From the human T2T-CHM13v2.0 reference genome, Homo sapiens, in assembly GCF_009914755.1 (NCBI RefSeq), contig NC_060926.1: a DNA stretch of 64,000 bases; one strand, given 5' to 3'. Positions within the stretch are counted from its first letter, which is position 1. Every line of letters begins with the position of its first letter. The notes below the pieces were generated by a model. It ran no database searches. It was given only the letters and a program-made list of their open reading frames with translations, and was not told where the DNA came from. This document shows positions 55,067-64,000 of the stretch, piece by piece. Position numbers and translations under genes: made by a program.

Positions 55067-58000
55067 CAAAGAAGAATCCACAAAACTTAGTGACAAAGGG
55101 ACAAAGAGAAGGAGCTGCTGACTCCTAAAGCTTTCCTAAAGCTTCATGTTTAAGAAAGTAAATTTGGAAAAGAGACAGTGTTGAGAGAAAGGATATTTTG
55201 AATTTGAGGTTGAGTATGAGGTAAAAATAAAATAAATAAAATATTCAAATGGAAAATGTGCAGGAAAGTAGAAAGAGTGGAGAATAACCCTATCAGAGGA
55301 TGGGACTATGGAGGAGGCAGCCAAGAAAACAGAAACCAGAAGGGCAGAGAGTTGAGCAGGAGAGGGATGAGAGTGAAAAAAAAAGCTAGGGAAAATAAGA
55401 GATATTTAAGATGCTAGTGCAGTTTCAGTTGAAAGTCTGAAGGCAAAATAAAAATGGCTAAGATGTCAAGAAAATGGACACAACATGAGCCCTCAATTCA
55501 TCCATCTAAACAGTCTGCCTGAGAAGTCTCAATGAGAGAAATATTGCATTGGCAAATATTTATATGACAAATAGACCACACAGATAAGCACGGTCAAGCA
55601 GAGTGTTTGTTTGGCTTGATTTCAGAGAAGGAAGAGAATTAGGCCAAGGGATAGTAGATGAATCCTTTTGGCTACCTGGATTGTTCCATTTCCTGAACTT
55701 GCTGGTTAACTGTACTGACATCTTCTTTGTGAATAGATAACCTCTTAGAAATAGGGAGCAAAGTTGCAGCAGCCTACAGCAGTCAAGGTTCCAAGATTCC
55801 TCGTACGTGTTTCACAATTTAGAAGTTAACTAGAGCTGGTTGACATCTTTCATTAAATGTTTCTAGGAAATTTATCTCTTTTCAATCCAGATTACCTGAC
55901 AGCACTGTCACCACCCTGTATCAGGAACTTAGGCTAGTTGGCTTCCAGTCTGAGCTCCTACCCCACATGCCTCCTCCTCTTAGCCAGGGTGATCTACACT
56001 TTCCAGGGTCATGACTCCCTCTTTCGAGTCTGGGTGGGGCTGCCTTTCCCTGTCATCTCAATATCACAACATCTGCTTTTCCACTGTAACCGCCTCTAAC
56101 ATTACAGCATCTCTATGTTCTACTTCAAACACAGTTTTTAAAAAATATTTTTTGTTTTCCTCTCTAGTTTTTAAAATCTTCATGTCATACTTGCCTTTGG
56201 ACTTCATGCACTGTTTGTATGGAACTGGGCCACCATGATAAACATTCCTGGCTTGTCCCCATCTTTCTGTTAAATAATCCTCTAAAATATCCAAGCCCCC
56301 TGCAGAGCCAAATCATTTGTTTCCTTCGTTACCCCCCTAATTCAGCCTCACCAGGTCAATTTGTAATTACAGTGCTAAATTTTTAGTTCTAAGTATTTCT
56401 TTTCTTTTTTAGAGGTATGGATTTATATCTTTTTTTCTGAGATGTTTCTGATACCTACTTTTCTAAAAATCTCTAATTATGTCCAGTGGTTTTTTAAGCT
56501 CTAGCATGAGTCCCTTCCTCATAAGGTTCTTGTCACTTCTATGTCACCAACTAGCTCTTCTTTATTGGAAACAATTAAGTTCAGAACAGGAATGCTCTTT
56601 TGTGCTTTCTCTACATTCTAAGGCACGAAACTCTCAGCAAGTCAAATTTGGTATTTACTAGATTCTCTGTGTTAAATGGAATGAAGTTTCCAGCAAATTT
56701 TGAGATAGACTCTTCTGTTATTGTTATGTTTTGCCTCTGCATGGTACATATCAAGAAGACTATTATCAGACTTCAGTATAAAACCTGGGATTGTACAAGA
56801 GCCTTCCTTTGCAAGTGACGGGAGAGAGTGAGGGCTGCAAAGCGTTATTGCTGCTATTGATAATAGCAAGGAGAGTAATGTTTACACACGTTAAGAAAAT
56901 CCATACATGTCAAAGAGAACAACAAAAAAGAAATGAATATTCTAGGAAAAATGATAAAATGTTCTTCTGCCACATTTGTAATATGATTCAGTTCAATAAA
57001 AAAATTACTGACTCAATTTTTCAAGTACATATTTACTGTATATAAAACATGGCATTACTCCAGTATTTTAGGGTTAACTGTCTCCTTGACATCAAAACTC
57101 ACCCTACATAATTCAACACTAGCTGAAGAACAATTTGTTTTTTGAATTCCTCTCCTCTTCTCTTACACCTCATGAATTTGAGAGTTACGTCCATTCTTCT
57201 GCTTCTTACAGTCATATTTTTAGTTCCTTAGACTTTATGGTGCTCTTATCTACCTGTAATTACGCTGCAAAAACATAAGACAACGCCACTGAAAGGCCAG
57301 CAGCAGAGGAGATAGCAAAAGGCTTATTTGTGGTCTTGAACAGCTGCAATAGGGCAGGGCGTGCCTGGCAGGGTTCCCTCTGCCTCCAGCCAGCAATGAC
57401 AAACCCCAAGAGCTGGGCTTGCTTTCACAGCAGTCGCTAGTGCAGGACATTATTTCACTGCCCCAAAAGCCAAGGACTGGAGTCAAAGTCCACAAGGGCT
57501 GATCAAAAAGGGGGACATGAGAAAAACACAGGGAGAGTGCTGGGAGGGATGGCCTTCTAGAAAGTTCTCCAGATCCTGAAGAGCAACCACCTGCTGTCCC
57601 ACCCCTCCCCTTTCAAAACAAACACAGCACAACAACCATCACTCCTTCCCCCACCCATGGAAGGCCAGATGTTACTTTTAGTTCCAGTTTGGAAATAACT
57701 GACCAAGTTAGTTTTGAATTTTTTTTTCTTAAAAAAATAAGAAGTAATGAATCTGGATTTTGACCAGGAAAAGAGAAATGAGATGTTATCAGTCAGATGT
57801 TTTGAAATTCAGGTAATAGGAAACATTCTCTAGCAAAAGTCTTCTATTGCAGTTATGCAAAATTCTCTCTTTAAGGGACCATTATTGTCTTAGGATAAAT
57901 AAAAAGTACGCTTATATGTGTAGGCTTTTCTAGCTCGATGCAATTTGATGCTTTCAGTCCTTACACAATGATCTTTGCACTATACAGTGCTTCTGGCTCC

Positions 58001-58684
58001 TTGTTTTAAAATTAGTGCTTTCTTACTTAGTGAGTTAGTGTAATTGCAGCAAAGAAGCACATTTATATTCTATTCATTGACAACATTAGCATATAATGCA
58101 AATTTACTTTGGAACTTTATGCACATGCACACATCCCTTCAGAACACTCTGAAAGGGCAGAATTGAGTTCTTATTCCTAAAGTGATGAGGGTGTACAATC
58201 CAGACCACAAAACTATGGATGCTAATGGGGACAGACTAATATGGTCCCAGCTGGAATTAAGAGCTTACAGTCAGTATGACGTTAGATGGTTAACAATCTT
58301 TCTGACAAACAATGATAGCTAAAGTTCCTCTCATAGGATAGACCGGCCCTCAGAGGTGCATCCACAAAAAATGAGAACTCCTGAAAAATATCTAGCCATA
58401 AGTTTTTTTTAAAAAAATTCATATTTTACTTCTCATATGCCCATAAAGTCAAATTCTATTGAGAAAATGCTCCAATTCATTTTGATATGTAGCCAGTCTG
58501 ATGATGTTAATATTGACTCAAAAAGTATTTAAGAAGTTAAAACTTGAAACCCATTTTATTGTTGTGACACTGAGAGTCCACAGATACTTCTTATAAACTT
58601 CTCTTATAATGCAGTATATATCACTCTATAATATGATCAAGAAAATACTTAGCAGCTAAAATAATAGGAACAACTACTACTTAC

Positions 58685-58860
58685 GGTTGACAGAGCTTCA
58701 CCAGGTCCTGGTCGGTGGTGTGGGGAGGCAGTCCTCGGATATAGAGGTTCGTTTTGCTGAGCTGATCCCATCCTGAGTTGCTACTGCTGCTACTGTTGTT
58801 ATTACTGCTGGTGGTGCTGGGACTGGGAGGGGCCATGGGGTGGGCTGGGACCAGAGACTG
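58685..58860 (-). CDS. RBMS1: RBMS1 coding exon 2 (176 nt): [58 protein letters not shown](P), includes RNP2 LYIRGL
   Basis: Acceptor tctttgttttccag|CAGTCT and donor CAACC|gtaagt on the minus strand; open frame, phase 0 in, phase 2 out. Confidence 0.96.
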
Positions 58861-60106
58861 CTGGAAAACAAAGATCAGGAGCCTTAGTATGCTAGCATTA
58901 GGAGGCTGACACCAAATAAAATGAAGTTACCAAGATTTAAATATAGATTACTTTAAGCTACTTTGAGTTATAAATTTTAATTTACACTTTAAAAAAGGTC
59001 TGTTCATGCTACTTTAAAAAAGCCCTCTCCTTCAACATAAAATTGATAATAGGGTTTACTAAGTAAAAGTTCTCTATGTGCACCTTAAATGTGACTAAAT
59101 TTATGTAACATTAATTTATTCACACATTTTTCAGGAACACATCTGAGACTCAAAACGTGCATGAAGTTAGATGATACCATCTTAATATACAGTAATTTAG
59201 AAATCACTAGACTTTTGAAAAGGTTTTCAAATTCTGAAGAACGTTTGATTGAAAGTTGCTTAAAATTTTATTAGGATGACTCTTAAAAAAAATTACTTCT
59301 CAAGTACAAGAAAGTTAGAGTTTAATCCAGATACTCCAATAAGGACGATCTCACCTAGTTCTAAGACAGGCACACGACTTCATTGAGACATCTGGGTAAG
59401 ATTCCCAGGCAGGCTGCCTTTCGCTCTGGCTAACCTTGTGAAATTTAACCCCTGTGAGAATGGTGTCCAAGCTGGAAAACTTCCCAGCTTGCAGCACCCA
59501 CCACAACTCAAAGTAAAGCCTGCAACCAAAGGACTCAGTGTGGTTTTACAGTCGGCAGCCACCTAGGAAGAATGTCTGAAATTGTACTCATACCAGATAA
59601 TTCTCTGTGCACCGATTGAAAGAAACCACAGTTCTCTGACCCAGTGCCACACACATGACTTTGAGGAAGTTAAATGGCTCAGCTTGAGACAAAAGGGCAC
59701 GTAACCCCAAGTGTCCTCACAGCAAACGCGCAGCAATTTCACACCAGGACAGGGACGTTTTTTCACCTCACATTTTCTAAATCATAAATATACTATACTA
59801 ACTCAAGGACATCACTCATGAACAGTTTGAACATCCAAAATTAAATAGTCACTAGACAGTCAAAAGGTTCAAATCTCATGGCTTGGTTTTTACCAGCACA
59901 AACAAGAAAGTCAGGCATGTCTATAGGAGACAAATCAAATCCCACAGTGGAAAGTTGGAGAAGCAGACCCCTTACAATAAGCATATCCTCATTTACCTTG
60001 TCACCAACCTCCGTTGCCCACTATAGATTCCTAGTTTTGTACCCAGCTTCTGCCATGGTCATCCTAATTCCATAATATCTCAACATATGGGGATCTCATT
60101 AATTTA

Positions 60107-60408
60107 TTTTTATTTTTTATTATTTGAGATGGAGTCTCGCTCTGTCACCCAGGCTGGAGTGCAGTGGTGCAATCTCGGCTCACCGGAACCCTCCACCTCC
60201 CGGGTTCCAGTGATTCTCTTGCCTCAGCCTCCTGAGGAGCTGGGATTACAGACGCACAACACCATGCCTGGCTAATTTTTGTATTTTTAGTAGAGACAGG
60301 GTTTCACCATGTTGACCTGGCTGGTCTTGAACTCCAGACCTCAGGTGATCCGCTCAACTCGGTTTCCCAAAGTGCTGGGATTACAGGCATGAGCCATCGT
60401 GCCTGGCC
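60107..60408 (-). mobile_element. Full-length AluS, sense to RBMS1, intron 1
   Basis: T-rich tail, GAGATGGAGTCTCGCTCTG...GTGCCTGGCC; TSD CATTAATTTA at 60097-60106 and 60410-60419. Confidence 0.95.
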
Positions 60409-61821
60409 CCATTAATTTAGATATGTTACCATTTTTTCTGGTCCTATATCCTTCAGATTCTTCCTTCCACTGCCCAGGTTCCTTGCTGAGATATCATCTG
60501 AGTCCAAACACCACTTTATTTAAAGAGATTCTCTTTTAGAAGGAGAGCAGCAAAGGGTCAATAATAGTCAATGCAGAAATGCTATTCACTGAAGGCTGAA
60601 CTTGAACTGGGAACATCGGTATTGCTTAATCCCAAAATAAAAGCAGCCTGAGATCATATCCTACCAAATCTATTTGATTCATGCCCTTAATGAGCAGCTG
60701 AACTCATATCCTTTCTCCAAACCACTAGTTTTTCTCTAGGGGCTAACTACTTACTAGATATAAAACTAAGACCAAATTCTGACACTTGCTCTGCCACAGG
60801 TGGCACCTCAGAGCACTGGCCATGCCCCACAAAGCCTGTGCTCCTTCTCTGAAGCCACTGAGTTGCTACCTGCCATCCAGCCCTACTCTATTTTTCACAT
60901 CAGTGAGAACAGAGGTGCTGGAAAGTAGCCCACACACCTGCCTCCTGTCCCAAGCCTTTGATTGACGCAGAGAACTTGTAGCTATTAGAACTAGACAGGA
61001 CTGAATTTTCTCTTAAACCTCCTTTGATTAGTGTCTCAGAAACCATCCCTGACACAAGCCACACTGTTTTCACAGTAGGACCCAGTATGTTTAGCGTAGC
61101 TGTTGGGCGATGAAATGTGGTCATCTGGGATGAGACTTGGAGAAGTCAGTAAGAAGCTGTGGATCAGGCCCGCCCCTACCTCTTAGTGGGATTACATCAA
61201 CACGAAGTAAATGAACCATCAGGCATTTTAAAGACTGCATTCCAAGACTGCATTCACTTGAACCTTTGATTTTGCCAGGAGTGGAAAGGGAGTGGCGGGC
61301 ATGCACTTGTATAATTAAAGAAACATTTGGATGTATGACTTAGTTGGAGATTATTTAGACATGAAAGTAGTAGGTTTTTTTATTTATGTATTCATTTCTG
61401 GCCAAAATACAGCTATGATTTACATATCTGAATTTACAGAGCCAGTTTAATATAAATTTGATGGCCATCCATATTTACTGCAGTATTTTCCCAATGTGGG
61501 AAGCAGGTACAGCCTGTGCTTCCCTGCTTCCCCTGTTAAGTTTCCCCTGTGAGGGAATGAAATCTCCCAGCATCTGATCCCAGGCAGAAGAGGGTTCCTA
61601 AATGTACCCAATGAGGACTACTAGCCTCTGGTGAATCCTATACAGAACAAAGTTCAAATTCAAATTTTATTTCCAAATCAATTCTTTCTTGGGGCTAACT
61701 GAAGACAGAGAAAGAAAACTGAAAGAGAGAAGCGTTGAATTATTCTAGGTTGTCAATTTTTAATTTTCTGGTGCAGAAATTTTTAAACCCAAGATTACGT
61801 TTTTAGAAGTCACTGAAACTG

Positions 61822-61948
61822 GGCCGGGCGCAGTGGCTCACGCCTGTAATCCCAGCACTTTGGGAGGCCGAGGTGGGTGGATCACGGAGTCAGGAGTTCG
61901 AGACCAGCCTGGCCACCATGGTGAAACCCCGTCTCTACTAAAGATACA
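61822..61948 (+). mobile_element. Alu left arm only (CpG-rich), ending at the linker
   Basis: GGCCGGGCGCAGTGGCTCACGCC...GAAACCCCGTCTCTACTAAAGATACA with no right arm. Confidence 0.9.
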
Positions 61949-61949
61949 G

Positions 61950-62125
61950 ACTCTGCTGAGTACTTTACATACATTACCATACTTAATTCAATCAGACAGG
62001 CAGGTAGGTTATTGTTCTCCCATTGTGCAGATTAGGAAACCGAGTCTCAAAAAAGGTTAGGCCATGTGCCAGGGCCACACATTTAGAAGGTGGCAGGGCT
62101 AGAATTTGAACGCAGGTCTGCTAGA
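61950..62125 (-). mobile_element. MIR fragment
   Basis: GGTAGGTTATTGTTCTCCCATTGTGCAGATTAGGAAACCGAGTCTCA...GCCAGGGCCACACA...GAATTTGAACGCAGGTCTG. Confidence 0.75.
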
Positions 62126-62297
62126 AAACAAAGCCAGAGCAGAGCCTTCAAACAGTACTCTACGTGGGACCCCAAAACACTTTCTATGTCCTGAATGCTC
62201 TATTTGTATTCTTTCATTTTCTGTGCCCATCATTTTTGCTGACTAATTACCAAATTCCAGCTTCTCTGAAATTTGATACTTAATACCATTGGCAGAT

Positions 62298-62360
62298 ATG
62301 TTTTTTAAGAAAGTAAAAGGTGCCTTTAATGTTTTTTAAGAAAGTAAAAGGTGCCTTTAA
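62298..62360. repeat. Perfect 31-bp tandem duplication
   Basis: ATGTTTTTTAAGAAAGTAAAAGGTGCCTTTA occurs twice. Confidence 0.92.
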
Positions 62361-63167
62361 GTTGACTTAATTAACACACAGTCTGTTAAGTATTAAAAAA
62401 ACAAAGATTAGCTCTTAAAAAAATCAGTTTTAAAAATTCTACTTTATAAAAATCTTTTCATTAAAGAATAAATTCTACAAACAACTTCTGAAAGCTTCAG
62501 CATATTACTGCTAAACATTAGAGTCAACATTTTAGGATGACGTGACTTAAAACAGTGAAAAATTAAACCCTCATTCATAGATTAAAATGCAAATACTGAC
62601 AAGCCTTTAATTACAGCTTCAGAACTCTGATAAATTTACAGCAATTACACTTTGCATTAGATTAGGTGTCTTGGCAGCACAAATGATAAACAAATTTTTA
62701 AAAAGCTTACAAAGGGACAAAAAGGGACAATATTTTAGCCAGTTCCATTTTCATCACTGGTAGTCCTTCTACATTTTGCCTCTCAAAACCCGGAAGCTGC
62801 CTTGGAACGTGAAAAGACCCTCTATGGATGAAGCTTGCAACTATTTACACACATTCAATCTAATTAGGGGACCTGGTGGCTGGATAAGCATGCTAAGTGC
62901 CCACTCATCCCAAAAGAGCCTAGTAGTCTCTCAGCCTTCTCTAGCCTAATTTTTCCTGTTATCAGGTCAGGCAAACAAACTACATTCTTCTATCTCCAAG
63001 GGCAAAGAAAACAAGCTAATTCAATTTTCTTGATAATATTTATATGGGCTTAATTTGCATGCCAAAATGGATAGAAAACAAAGTCACTCGTGAATAAAGG
63101 GGTGGTTGTATTAGACCCTCAGCCTTTCCTGCACGAGTGGTTTGGCACCATCAGGAAGAGCGTTCAT

Positions 63168-63290
63168 CAGCACTCAGAGAGAACTTCCCGTATGGACAGC
63201 ACTCAGAGAGCACGTCCTGTGTGGGCAGCATTCAGGGAGGACTTCCTCTATGGATAGCAATCAGGGAGCACTTCCTGCATGGACAACACT
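63168..63290. repeat. Degenerate 29-bp minisatellite, about 4.2 copies
   Basis: Units CAGCACTCAGAGAGAACTTCCCGTATGGA / CAGCACTCAGAGAGCACGTCCTGTGTGGG / CAGCATTCAGGGAGGACTTCCTCTATGGA / TAGCAATCAGGGAGCACTTCCTGCATGGA / CAACACT. Confidence 0.88.
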
Positions 63291-63810
63291 GATGCCTCCT
63301 TCCCGCCAGAAGCCCCACTGGGCCTCCTACACTAAAAGGATCAACAACAGGCACAGGGCAACTATACACAGGGTAATACTATCTCCCTCTCTATCACATC
63401 ACCCCCTATAGAGAAGAGAGAAATAGTCTCTCCTCTATGAATACAAATCTAAAGGTCATTTACAAAATTAACCACATGTGAACTAAAATACATTAGTAAT
63501 CATGTACATTGTTATAGATTTCTATGCAGCAAAGATAATTTTAAAACAAAAACTTGTCATTTAAAATTCTATTGTCTCATTTCCTTCCTATTACTAATAG
63601 GCTAAAGAACAGTGCTCTGACCAATCTTATAGCTGAAGCTGTCCTCCTCTTCCCACCCCCACCTTACTTAGCCACTTCTCTAATAATTCTAGTACGTTTT
63701 GAAGGGAAAGGAAAGCTAGGACCTGCCCTTTAATTTTCTTCAAGTCTTCTTTAAAGTTTTCATCCTTATAGTTCAAGAAGGTTATCATTCCCACCCCTGT
63801 TGCCCCTACA

Positions 63811-63845
63811 CCCACCACCACCACCACGACCACCACCACCACCAT
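63811..63845. repeat. (CCA)n trinucleotide repeat
   Basis: CCACCACCACCACCACGACCACCACCACCACCA. Confidence 0.9.
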
Positions 63846-64000
63846 CCCAAACAGCAGGTTGGTTTAATACATCAACTATTTCCTTCATCCAGAAGCAAAA
63901 TAATCACTACAGTTGCTCCTGAAAGCAGACAGAAGTTTACAGAACATTATCATTTTCACAGGGAAACAGTATAAGATCAAGCCTGAAATGAACTGAGTAC

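Noticed and set aside
60792-60806. CTCF-like TGCCACAGGTGGCAC
   Set aside because: Needs a 1-nt gap or three mismatches against the CTCF core; cannot be supported without ChIP data.
63168-63290. 29-bp periodic repeat as a CRISPR-like array
   Set aside because: The units are contiguous and similar along their whole length, with no unique spacers or cas genes, in a primate intron.

Overview
Primate (very probably human) genomic DNA: about 60 kb of AT-rich intron from the minus-strand gene RBMS1 (MSSP/SCR2, RNA binding motif single-stranded interacting protein 1). Three coding exons are readable by eye and the ORF track misses them: exon 2 (58685-58860, 176 nt), exon 3 (9640-9698, 59 nt) and exon 4 (4627-4718, 92 nt). 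Together they encode the Ser/Asn-rich N-terminal segment and RRM1. Exon numbering comes from recall of the RBMS1 protein; exons 1 and 5 lie outside the window. The rest is intron 1 (partial), a 48,986-nt intron 2, a 4,921-nt intron 3 and part of intron 4. These introns carry Alus, a twin-primed L1PA, MaLR LTRs, Tigger1, MER33, MIR/L2 relics and microsatellites. No prokaryotic systems, CRISPR arrays or RNA genes were found. The most interesting signals concern RNA processing: (1) exons 2-4 total 327 nt, phase 0 to phase 0, and are bracketed by inverted Alus, predicting a circRNA with a stop-free endless RRM1 ORF; (2) a textbook recursive-splice motif (polyY-TAG|GTAAGC) in intron 2 with a 10-nt stop-creating RS-exon; (3) candidate poison exons near exons 3 and 4; (4) a T22 tract directly at the exon 3 acceptor. 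Several DNA-structure oddities also occur, including a perfect 96-bp tandem duplication, chained palindromes and a 29-bp ETS/RE1-like minisatellite. All functional claims are hypotheses from sequence alone.
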